This document shows positions 52,101-64,000 of a DNA stretch of 64,000 nucleotides, one piece after another (the first letter of the stretch is position 1; every line of letters begins with the position of its first letter). The position numbers and the translations under genes were made by a program. This DNA comes from Cirrosporium novae-zelandiae. Lineage: Eukaryota. The stretch is taken from NCBI GenBank assembly GCA_026023565.1, contig JAPETS010000002.1, positions 310,001 to 374,000 of the forward strand. The letters run 5' to 3'. Under the pieces are notes generated by a model that worked only from the letters and a program-made list of their open reading frames with translations, was not told where the DNA came from and searched no databases.

Positions 52101-53289
52101 AGTAGCATTTCCGCTATCATCTTCAGCGAACTGAACATTTCCGAGCCACAGAATCGCGGCCAGCATCCGAAAAATGTTATCTTGCTCTGCTTGTGGAATC
52201 CCAATAACCTTCATAGCGTTCAATGTTTCCTGAAAATCTGCGACATCGTCCATGCCTTGAACATCAAAACATTTCGATCGACTTGTGTATAAGTAAGACT
52301 GCGGTTGTTGGACACCAAATGTTTCTGCTTCTATCAGCTGATGATCTGAAATAAGAACCTTTAAACATACCTCGGTAGTTCTGGGAGGCCCCCTTTGTAA
52401 ACTGATAGAAAATATGAAAATTTCGTTCGTTCATGATCTGTCCGACCACTCTCGACTTTTCCAAAAGGTAGTTTGTGATATTCGCGCCCACAGGCTCGCC
52501 TTGAGCGTTAAACTGTAATTCTAAATATTTCCCGAATCTCGAAGAGTTATTATTTCGCAACGTTTTCGCGTTTCCGAACGATTCTAGCAGTGGATTGGTA
52601 GCCAGCACCATATCCTTGGTTTGTTGGATAGATGTGTTGCCTCCACCTGATACACTGGCTATGTATTGCATTATTTGTTTTGCGGCTTCCGTCTTGCCTG
52701 CTCCCGACTCCCCAGAGATGATCACACATTGATTGTCTTTGTAGGCATTCATGTTGTAATATGATGATTCAGCGACAGCAAAGACGTGTGGTGGCATCTC
52801 CAGTCGGTTCTTGCCACGATAGCTGTCTAGGACCTTGTCGGTGTAAATTCCCACTATGTACTATCAGTGACTGCTGGCCTAATCCGTTGAGAATCGCGAG
52901 GAGGCTGAACATACAATCTCGAAATGGGTTCACGGACACAAGCACATGGCCGATGTATGTCTATCAAACATGATTAGCTTCTTCTTACCGTCCTCGTAGG
53001 TGCAGTAGCATACGTATATTTCCGCATTCTCGAATCTCTTCTTCAAATTCTCGTTGATAGCTTCGTTTGAAATCTTGCTGATGAGGGTGAGATCAGACAC
53101 TCCAACCTCCTTTTTCTTCGTCGATTCGAACATGGCTTTCTTGATTTGCGGTTTCCCTCCACTGCTAGGAGCGGCTTTGTGAGCGCCATGATCCTTCTTG
53201 CGCCCAGCACGCTTCGAGACAACCTGGACATGATGTTAACAAGTTTCCGACAAAACGTGGTGAATCAAGGTGCTCGAATGACTGACCAT
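49197..53289 (-). CDS. myoA: Class I myosin
   Basis: [13 protein letters not shown]-loop [27 protein letters not shown]-site RRGSIYE, IQ motifs, TH1, SH3 (VLYDFEG...GWW...GWAPSAYL) and acidic C-terminus DDDDDEW. The first coding exon is ATG only (53287-53289); about six introns. Confidence 0.97.
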
Positions 53290-54431
53290 GCTGGGCTATT
53301 TCGAAGGTAATTCAGCGAGCGATTCGCTGGGAGGTCCCAACCAAACTCAGTTGGACTTTTGATTTGACGTATAGGTGAGAATTTGTCTATGAGATCTCGG
53401 GCTGCTGGTAATGAAATGACCTCTAATAAAGCGCCGTAAATTGCAAGAGACAAAATTGTATAGTCGTTGATTTCGTGATGAGAGTTGGTTCACAAGTCAG
53501 CAGCTTTAGGAAGTTGATACAAGCCCGAATGTGGCGGTAAGTACCGTCTAAGCCACAGCTTGGGCGTAGGAGGTGAGTGTTCTTTACTGCAGAGTACCTG
53601 GGTAGCTACGTCAAGTTTAATTATCCCCTTTAAACCTTCAAGCTTCCCCAATATTTGACATCTTGTGAATATTGCTTTGGTGACGTTGCCATTTCTGCTA
53701 GAATTATTCATGTTTGCCTGACAAGCTTACGTATTTTACCAGGCAGCTACACTTTGCATCTTAAAAGAAGGTTATATTAATTAAATCTTTCTAATAATCT
53801 GTTTCTACTTCAACCTCAGTCAACTACGGTCCATCAAGGATGCTTAGTTTCTATTTTGGGCCTTGCATAAAAACCCATGTCATTAATTATGCACAGTACT
53901 AGTACAATTTGGTATCAAAGAGTCAACTATTTCTTTCTACTTTCAAATTGCTGGTGAGCTTAGTGAATATTTAGTGATGAGTTCCCCTGATCGACATTTT
54001 ATCTCCTCAGACCTTCATCACCTGTCTTTTGACCGTTAGTTCATCTTTTGACCTCTAGTGATTTGTTATTTCCTTTGAGAATGGGAGTAAACCTAAGGGG
54101 TTAGAAAGAGTAACTATATGAGAGTATTTTGGTGCACGGGCAACCTGTTCATTGTTTTCTTGTTCATCCGATAATGCTAGCCTCCCTAAATTGGGAATTA
54201 GAGATCCATAACCGCAAATGTTTTCTAACAACAGGCTTCATCATATGGTCATTATAATCTTCACGCAAAATAACTATCCAGAGTGATCGACATGCTCATT
54301 GGGTTCATCGGTCTTTTTGGCCCCCTTTCCCGATAGACATACACGCAGCCAAACAGAAACAGAACTCCGACACCTTACGCAATGCAATTATTCTAAGTCA
54401 TCGGTTCGCTGAAGACAATATTATTAAGGCA

Positions 54432-56626
54432 TCAAAATATCCCAAAACGTTTGGTTTTTCCCTTTTCTTCGCCTATTCCACCCATGAGTCAGTAAACTTC
54501 TAAACACCCCGAGAGAAAAATAAGCGACCTACCGTTATGTGTATTGCCATGCTTTTTTCCCTTGCCCCCACTTGTTGGTTCCGTCGACCCCCCTGAGGCT
54601 GCTGCTCGGATAGCAGTGAGCCTATGTTTTGCTCGTTCGTCGCCTTGGTCTGCTGCTTTCACATACCAAGCATTCGCTTCCAGAGGATCTCGTCGACATC
54701 CGATGCCCATCTCGGAGAAGTAGCCGACAGCATATTGAGCCTTGACCAAACCTAGTATACAATAATTAGCAAAATGGAGCAATTCGAATAGCAAGGTTGG
54801 ATCATACCTGTTTCCGCAGCTTTCTTCGCCCACTCAAATGCTTCATTCTCATCCTTTTCAAGAACGGGTTCCGCGCCGACCATATACCATGCACATAGTG
54901 CCATCATCGCCATAGGGTGACCTAGCTGAGCAGCACCATTGTAAAAATGAACACTTAAACCAGGGTCCCTAGGACAGCCCAATTTTCCATGTTCGTACGC
55001 ATCTCCCATGCGGTAACTAGCTTCTGGATGACCGAGATCAGCGGACTTGGTAAACAATTGAGCTGCATAGGCTTCGTCCTTGAAAACGTCATCTCCGTAG
55101 CCTGTCTCATGCAGTAGACCCAATTCATAAGGCGCGGAGTTATATTGAAAATCAGCAGATTCTGCTGCACGTTTCATCCATTTAACTCCTTCACGGTACC
55201 GATTCGTCAAGCCCATATCACCAAGCAAACAGGCTCTACCTAAACGAAGCATTGCACCAGGGTGGTTTCTTGAGGCTGCTGCGCGGTAAAATTGCTCAGC
55301 TTTTGCAGGATCTTTGCGGCAACCCCATCCAAACTCATAGCACAATGCTGCTCGGTAGCCAGATTCAGCATGGCCATGTTTACTTGCTGCAACAAACAAA
55401 GGAAAGGCCCTGTCATAATCCTCCTTTCCCTTACTGAATAGTCCAGAGGCATAGCCATCACCGAGGTAATACTGCGCAAATGGATAGCCACGATCGGATA
55501 GCTTTTGAAGGATATGCCGCGCTTCTCGGAGAAGCTCATCGCGCGAGTTACCTGGAGTTGGCTTCCCTTCCTCGTTCGGCAAACCCGTATCCCCAGCTTC
55601 TTGCGCTGCATTAACCATGAAAATAGCAAACTCGTACTGAACTGCGTTATCGTTTGTTTTCTTTACATTTGCACGGTACATTTCAAGTGTCTTGGTTGTG
55701 CTGAGCAAAGAGGCGCTGTTACCTACAGCGCTGCGTAAGTGAGAGTGATCTAGATTTACAGCCGCCGGAGGTGCTTGAGGATAGGGTACATTTAGAAGAT
55801 CGATATAAGACAGAGGACGTTGTTCGGGGGAAGGTCTGGAATGCGCAGATGAACCCCGTGCGTAATTGGTGGGCGAGAGCTGCGGAGAGCGACCTCTGGA
55901 ATCAGCAAGTGAAAACTGAGAATATGTTGAAATAGGACGCTGAAGCGAGTTTGCCGATCCTCTTCTTTGTGCCGGTGCTACGGATAGGCGGTTCCTATCA
56001 GTAGGTGACAATGATGAGTCCGACGTTGAAGACTGCACTGTAGCCCTTGATTGTCGATTTTTTAACTTTTGCGCTTCATTTGTCTCGTCAATGTTGTGTA
56101 GGTATTGAAGCTGAGGCTGAAGCTCCACAGGTTGGCTTTCCACACTTCCAGCAGAAAAATGTCTTGATTTTGCTTTCTCGTTTCCAACCCGAGATTCGAA
56201 ATTGTACTCCTGGTCCGGCGGGGCATCCAGGCTGAGTGGAGAAAGCATAGGACCGTTTGAAGAATCGGACGGAGGCCGTTGCCGTACTGGAAGGTCGAGA
56301 TGTGGAGGAGGGGTTGGAGGTGGAGGAGAAGTTGCAGTACTTATTGCTTGGGACGGATTTCTGTAACCAAGTGCAGGAGTTACTGTCTCAAACTCGGCAG
56401 CAGATGCTTGGAATTGCGATGTGTCTTGGGGGTGGTTAATCCGTACCGGAGACAATGGGGTCCCTTGCATACGAATCCCAACGTCTGGAATGATCGACGG
56501 TAGTGGTTTTCTGGAGGTTACCGGCTTTGGTAGAGACTTGATCTTTGTTCCATCTCGAGATGAATATGTTACTGAAAACACATGGGTTGGTGGGGATGAT
56601 GCATCCGGTAATGGTGTCTCCGCCAT
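54432..56626 (-). CDS. CHS4: Chitin synthase activator, Sel1-like repeat protein (Chs4/Skt5 family)
   Basis: TLEMYRANVKK, AQYYLGDGY, AASKHGHAESGYRAALCYEFGWG and multiple SLR repeats; introns ~54752-54807 and ~54473-54531; last exon ends KTKRFGIF*. The start codon is uncertain. Confidence 0.9.
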
Positions 56627-59600
56627 TTCCGCAATGCACACCGCGAGGTGGGGCTATGGCTAGTCTGTCTGTGCAATTATAGGATCCTGTTATCCAACTC
56701 GTCACCAAGATGCAAGATCCGCTCTAGTGTCCGTGTGTACCAATGCCAACAAGAGGGTTTGGACCATTAAACGTGTATATTGAGAATGTATACCAGTCGT
56801 AGATTAGGTATGGACAGGAAAAAGCCCCTAGCATAGATCGAGCGGATAAACTAGACCAATGTTCTCTTGCGATTATTTTAAGATCTTCCCTCCTTGTGTC
56901 TGTTAGTGAGCCGTAAGATATGTGAGTAGCAAATCTGGTCAACGAAAGATAGATCAATGTCGGGCGGGACGTGGGTCGTATTCGTAAGTGTCTCAATAAC
57001 ATAAAGGGAGGTCAATTCTCGAATGCGCTGCTGACGTGACGGAGCCAAAGGATCGTAGCAACAGTTGGGTTGGAGGGGATGACGAAAGGTATGGGTTATA
57101 CTGTGGGTATATTGCTAAGCTTCTTCTCCATTTAGATATATGCAATGCTAAGTAGGCAGTGTAGGCCAGGGAAATATCTGAAACCAAAATTCATATGGGA
57201 CTTACTTTGAATTTGCGTACCAAAGAAAATGTGGGATCTAAATTCAGGGAAAGCAGACCTTGGAAGCCGTGGAGAGAATGGGGGGCTCTGAATGGTGGTG
57301 CTATGTCTTTGCTTTTACTCTAACAAGAGTCTAAAAGACTGGGGCGCGCCGCAGAGGAGAGGCGGAGAAGGAGGGATCAAAGGATCTTCCAGGAACAAAA
57401 AGGGTCACACGTTTTTCGTTGAGTGGATGGACTGGACTTGGTCTTTCTGCGGCGAGGAGCGAGCAACGGTTGAATCGGCACTGGACAGACTTCAGGGGCT
57501 CACACGAGTGTTCATGCGATGATAGGCATTATTAATGATGACTTCACTTTGTTAGGCAATTGGAACATTGAAATGTTTTATGCTTAACTGCGGTATGTTA
57601 GTTAGGCCAACTGTTTTGGGCCGCAATTCCCGTAGATACAGTAAGAGAAAAAAAAAAGGGTCAAGGTCGGAAACGGCGAATTAGTCAAAGAAATCATTAC
57701 TCGGATACAGCTTGAGGCTGGGAACGAGAAGGCGGGGACCAACCCAGCCATGGTAAAAAAGAGTGTTATTGAGTTGTGTCAGTTAAGACAGTTACTGTAC
57801 CATAATCATCAGTAACAAAAAAAATCAATGATGCCAAGCGGAGTAGTCAATTGGTCTAATTGCTGTTAAGTCACTGTCCTGGCCGTACTTGGAGTGTTTT
57901 TAATTTTTAGTGAGGAGACTAAAAACCGCATCAAGCGGAATGAGACATCAGTTGACCTTCAACGTTCATAGTAGCTGTTGGCATCCTCAGAAATTCGGTA
58001 TCCCCGAGATCTAAGAGTCGTCCTGGATGGAAATGAAGTCGACAACAGGAAAAAAAAATTACTTCAGATAACCGGTTCATACTTGGGTTTTTATCTATAG
58101 GTCAACCAACTAAAAAAACTCCCGATAGATAGGTTTAATGATAACAACAAACATCTCTTATCTATGTCTATTTGATGGAATCTGGGGTAGTTCAAGCCAT
58201 GTCGCAAGACCCATTTTCCTGATTCAACTATTTGTTGCACAGATAACTTCTATGGAGCTTCTCTGCTTCCCTCAGCTGCATCAAGGGTCCTTATCATGAT
58301 TCACGATTATATATTCAACAAGGTAACAGGTACCGTAACAGGTAACCACACAGTACAAGCCATTAGCCACCACGTGGTTACCGGATGCAAACCAAGCTGC
58401 AAAGGTTGCAAAGGCTGCAAACAGAAAAGCCATCTGAGGGGGTAGGGGGGTGGGGTTTGCGGCAATCTAGGGCTATTCATTATTGCGACGCCTTCAGATA
58501 TTCCTGTCTTTGGATGTCTTAGATGTCTTGACTCTTTGCTGGCCCCGCTACTACTACTCTCTTCTTGCCCCCCCATATCCAAGTACTGATGGCTCATTTT
58601 GTCTGAGATTTCCGACATTTCTAGATTCTTCACTCACTCACTTTTTTAGACGTGGCTTAGGGAGACCCTGAGTTGTTGGCCCAATAAATAACTGAGGAAT
58701 AGAGGATGCAAGCACTAGGCCCACCTTGTTTTTAGCCAAAAAAGGGTATTAACAACCTAATATTGTCCCAGTCCCCTCCCATGTCATCAAAAATAGAAAC
58801 AATGTGGAAGAATCACAAAAATATGTAAAGTCAAAATGTATTGCTCGATGGCCAAACGGAATTTCTCATCATTGTCTTATGGTCACAATGGGCTGATGTA
58901 GGTGAGGCTTCCAAACCATCCAGGTATCCAACATCCGACGCCCAACACGAGGTTTTTCTTTTCGAAAAAATACCTCTGTAACTATACTTGTGTACTTGCT
59001 GTACCTGTCAGCAAATGGATAACTCTTGTCTGTACCTGAGACTACTACAGTAATCAATGATTTGTTAGCGATCAACTTCAAGGGTAGGAGGAAGTATAAC
59101 TCCTTACTACGCGACTGATCTTCAGGCTGCTTTTAAAGTAAAGTAACCTCATCGCTGGCGTCAAGAGCCTGTTCAACTTAAAACAGGACTGTGGAGATTT
59201 GCAAGGATGCGGACATGAACACAGGAGTGGAAATGTCACTTGGCCGGCTGGTGCTCCCTTGTTGCTCTTGCAACAGCCGAAAATGGTTGCTTTCCAATGC
59301 TTGGCCCTGACCTTGCCCAAGATTGGCTCCGGATACGGTACGAGAGGTGCCAGACTTCCAAATAATACGAGACGGAGCTGGGTAACATCATTTTCCCACC
59401 ACTATGTCTCACATCAACTTCTTTTTGAATAAGCACACCTATCCTTGAACATAACACTCCAAGCCTTTTTTTCTGTATCATATTCATCTTTCTTTACCTC
59501 GTCAACCCCATCTACTCCACTCCCCAGGTTAGCTGGGCCCCATGTCCATATTTCGTGAACGCTTTATACTGTACAGCAGAAAAGTTTGTTCGTTTTCCTG

Positions 59601-59939
59601 AGCTTCACTCTTCGAATATTTGGAATATAATCGCCTTTATTCTCCTTCACTGGAAGAATTGATAATCATTGCGCCTGTCGTTCTTGTTTGGCGACTGTAA
59701 TTGATTCGTGGCTGTAAAGGTCTTCTAAAGCTCTGAAATTGTGGAGATTCTCGAAGTTAACATCAGAAGGTCTGGAGTGAAGTTCCACCACAAAGTATCA
59801 AAGTAGCTGGGAATCCGTTTTTTAAAAATCATCTCTGGCACTTGGTGCCAAGAGATTAAAGAATCCGAGTAAGTGATGGTCTCGTTAGACGGATATCTAT
59901 CGCTTGAATGTTGCTAACAGTCCTCATATTTGTAGCACC

Positions 59940-62900
59940 ATGTCTTCCCCTTACAAGCCAGCTTCGGGCTCACCTACTCGAGACAGGCGCTCCCATCATC
60001 ATCACCACCATTCACGATCACGGCGCAGTCGACCTCAAGACGAAGAAGCTGGATATAGCTATCAACCACAGGTCCCGGCTACTCCATATTCGCCGACACG
60101 CAAATTTCAACCCGAATCTGATGCGCATTCTATACCATCACCTACAAGGGGAAGCGCGGAGAGAGACTCTATGATGTCAGAGCAGAGAGGATCATACGAT
60201 TTGGGGCGGAAGAAGAGTCTAATAAGACCAGAGAGAACCCGTATAGACCGAGACCATCCTAATTATCACTATCGCAAGCATGCTCAGAACATGGAAGTCC
60301 TTCCCTCAACTACTGGCAATGATCCGATATTGGAGGATCTTGGCGAAGCAGCAACAAATAGCTCTGAGACGAGTGATCAGAAAAGCTTCAATAGGGGAGA
60401 CCAGCATGGCCCAGGTGGTATGGCTTACTCGGATGGCACTTCTCCTCGAAAAAAGAAACATCATGATGCCACACACACAGGGAAAGGGAGCAGGAAGATA
60501 CATCGAAAGTTGACCCGGAAAGATGCTAAAGTACTAGAAGCGGAAGAGAAGCAACGGCAAAAAGAACGAGAAAATCTGAGACCACCAAGCTTCTGGAACG
60601 TTTATTGTGCTATAGTCACTTTCTGGTGTCCAAATGCTGTATTGAAATGCTTTGGAAAACCCGCAAAGGCTCAACAAAGGGCTTGGCGTGAGAAAATGGG
60701 GCTCTTAAGTATAATTCTATTAATCTGCACTTTCGTCGGGTACTTGACCTTTGGCTTCACAGCAACCGTGTGTGGCACAGCCGGTGTACGACTAAAGGTT
60801 AATCATGTCGATGGTGGATACATGATATTTCACGGATATGCCTATAATCTTGTATCCTCCTCCCATCCTGCTGCGGATGGTATTCCTTCCGGTTCCAATG
60901 TGCTATACGATCTTACCCATAAATACAGTGGTCAGGATGGAAGCTTCCTCTTCCAAAATGTAAATGGCGCATGCAAGGGATTGATTACCAAAACTAACGA
61001 TTCTAATATCCCTAGCGACTCGGATGGAAACCTTGGTTGGTATTTCCCTTGCCACGCTTTCAATCAGGATGGATCAAGTACGCCAAACTATACCAGTCCA
61101 TACTACACCGGATATGCTTGCCATACTACAAAGGCGGCACGGAAGGCATTCTATTCATTGTCAAACAGCGGAGAGGTCTATTTCACCTGGGATGATGTTA
61201 AGAATTCTAGTCGCAACCTGATGGTCTATTCTGGTAGTGTTCTTGATCTTGACCTTCTGAAGTGGTTCAATACTTCTGACGTTTCTTACCCTACTGAATT
61301 TGACCATATTCGAAAAAATTCGGCTGTTCGGGGCGTTGATGTCACCAGGGCATTCCAGACCGCTGGAGACAAGAAGACCGCTGAGTGTTTGAGCCAAATA
61401 ATCCGTGTTGGTTCTATTGATACCGAGACTATTGGCTGCATCGCGTCCAAGGTTGTCCTCTACGTCTCCCTCGTTTTTATCCTGTCCATTGTCCTAGCCA
61501 AATTCTTCCTTGCTTTGGCCTTCCAGTGGTTCCTTGCACGCCGTTTTGCGGCCTCGACAACCTCTTTAGGGGGACCGAACGATAAGAAAAGACAGCAAGA
61601 GATCGAGGATTGGAGTGATGATATATATCGTCCACCCCCAAAACTGGGTGACGCTAGAACAGGCTTGTCGGATAAATCCAGCAAAAGGGTTAGCACTTTG
61701 TTACCGAGGACCTCCAGGTTCACCAGCCCATATGCTGTCGATCAAGGCATGTCAAAACGGCCTCCGCCTACGACCATGACTAGCCAGAACCCAATTTCCC
61801 GACTCGCAGCTCACAATTCAATTTACAAACAAGGGAATGGTAGTCAAGGAACTCTTCCAAGTTATGAGCCAACAACACGCATGAGCATGACTGCTGGAGG
61901 TACTTTTTCTGGAACCGGATACTCACAGGATCAGTCCCAGTCGACAACAATAGATTCTGAGGGCCCGGGTTCTATTGGTTTCATACACGAGAATGTTGTC
62001 CCACAACCTCCACCTGAATGGCAACCCTTTGGATATCCTCTAGCTCATTCAATATGTTTAGTCACGGCATACTCTGAAGGAGCCGAAGGAATTCGCACCA
62101 CTCTGGATTCTATTGCCACTACAGATTATCCCAACAGCCATAAAACAATTCTTGTAATCTGCGATGGTATAATTAAAGGCAAGGGAGAGGACCTTAGTAC
62201 GCCTGAAATTGCTCTCAGCATGATGAAAGAACATGCAGTCTTGCCCGACGAAGTTCAGGCTTTTTCATATGTCGCCGTCGCCAGTGGCTCGAAAAGACAT
62301 AGTATGGCCAAGGTTTATTCTGGTTTTTACGACTACGGTACGCATTCGGTGATACCTCGCTCCAAGCAACAGCGTGTGCCCATGATGGTTGTGGTTAAAT
62401 GTGGGACCCCTGATGAAGCAAAGAAGAGTAAACCTGGAAACCGAGGAAAGCGAGACAGCCAAATCATTCTAATGTCCTTCCTGCAAAAGGTCATGTTCGA
62501 TGAGCGAATGACAGAGCTTGAATTTGAAATGTTCAATGGTCTTTGGAAAATTACTGGAATATCTCCGGATTTCTACGAAACTGTACTGATGGTGGATGCT
62601 GATACCAAGGTCTTCCCTGATAGCCTGACGCACATGATCTCTGCGATGGTTAAAGACCCAGACATTATGGGACTTTGCGGGGAGACGAAGATTGCCAATA
62701 AGAGAACGAGTTGGGTTACAATGATCCAAGTCTTCGAATACTTCATCTCCCACCACCAGTCGAAGTCTTTCGAATCAGTCTTCGGAGGTGTGACTTGCCT
62801 CCCAGGCTGCTTCTGTATGTATCGAATCAAGGCACCCAAGGGAGGTCAAAACTACTGGGTCCCAATCTTGGCGAACCCTGACGTTGTTGAGCACTACTCG

Positions 62901-63689
62901 GAGAATGTTGTTGATACGTTGCATAGGAAGAACCTTCTTCTTCTTGGTGAAGATCGTTACTTATCAACACTGATGTTGAAGACGTTTCCTAAAAGAAAGC
63001 AAGTATTCGTGCCCCAGGCTGTCTGCAAAACAACAGTACCGGACAAATTTTCTGTGCTACTCTCCCAGCGACGAAGATGGATCAACAGTACAGTTCATAA
63101 TCTCATGGAATTAGTTCTTGTCCGAGACCTTTGTGGAACATTTTGCTTTAGTATGCAGTTTGTGGTGTTTATTGAACTGGTTGGTACTTTAGTTTTACCT
63201 GCTGCCATCACTTTCACATTCTACGTCGTCATCAAGTCTATTATTGGTCCGGTTCAAACGATTCCTATAATCCTTCTCGCCCTAATCCTAGGATTACCCG
63301 CAGTTCTAATCGTTGTTACTGCTAAGCGGTGGTCCTACGTCGTATGGATGTTCATATATCTTCTCTCCCTTCCAGTCTGGAATTTTGTCCTCCCCTCATA
63401 TGCCTATTGGAAGTTTGACGACTTCAGCTGGGGAGATACTCGAAAGACAGCGGGAGAAAAGACAAAGAAAGCCGGAATAGAATACGAAGGGGAATTTGAC
63501 AGTACCAAGATCACCATGAAGAGATGGGCGGATTTCGAGAAAGGTAAATGATTTTCACGCCTTTTCCTCACCTTTAACTAACCTTTTGCTCTAGAACGCC
63601 GATTAAGAAACCCCGCATTTTCCCAACAGTCTACTTCAGCTAGTGGGTGGACTTCCCAACCTCAAGGCTCCGAACGCTATGAATATTAA
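59940..63689 (+). CDS. chsD: Chitin synthase class IV (yeast Chs3 / Aspergillus ChsD type)
   Basis: [18 protein letters not shown], cytochrome-b5-like region, [56 protein letters not shown]; no myosin motor domain; terminal intron 63544-63594; probable 5'UTR intron 59869-59935. Confidence 0.97.
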
Positions 63690-64000
63690 GTCGCTATTAA
63701 TTAAATCGCATTTACATGGCGTGAATGGACTAAACATCAGGGTCACTGGACACTTGTTTAGACAGGGGGTATCTTCAGGGAAAATATGCCTTCTCGGCTT
63801 GTGTATAGTGTAGACATGTATAGCAATGAAAAGATTTTTATGTATATTGGTATAAAAATCCTTTGTTAAGCTGCATAGATAATTAATAAACCTTTTGATG
63901 TTCGAGGCCGGCGCTGTTCCAGATGCGATGACGGAAGATGATCCGTGTCATGGTCTTTGATAGCCGTCTTGGAGATTTTGCATAGTTTGTTTCCCCGCCA

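Overview
Eukaryotic DNA from a filamentous ascomycete (Pezizomycotina; short GT-AG introns with CTRAY branch sites, AT-rich intergenic regions full of microsatellites). About 14 intron-containing or single-exon genes can be read, in this order: a head-to-head pair of DUF6590-like paralogs (1.4-5.9 kb), an MFS hexose transporter, a DAL81/TamA-like Zn2Cys6 transcription factor, an Env7/STK16 kinase, a CLIP-170 (CAP-Gly) protein, a Pro/Ser-rich hypothetical protein, dipeptidyl-peptidase V, a lignostilbene/carotenoid-type dioxygenase, an Msb1-like protein, a DHDPS-family aldolase, a small Cys/His protein, myosin I, a Sel1-repeat chitin synthase activator (Chs4/Skt5) and a class IV chitin synthase. 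The best novelty candidate is the divergent DUF6590 pair. By eye the domain aligns with the MazF/PemK toxin fold; one copy is basic and keeps the putative catalytic Arg, while the other is an acidic copy lacking that Arg and fused to a long N-terminal region. This suggests a possible fungal toxin/antidote or paired-allorecognition module. All family assignments come from motif recognition by eye; no searches were run. No tRNA, rRNA, CRISPR array or intact transposon was recognised.
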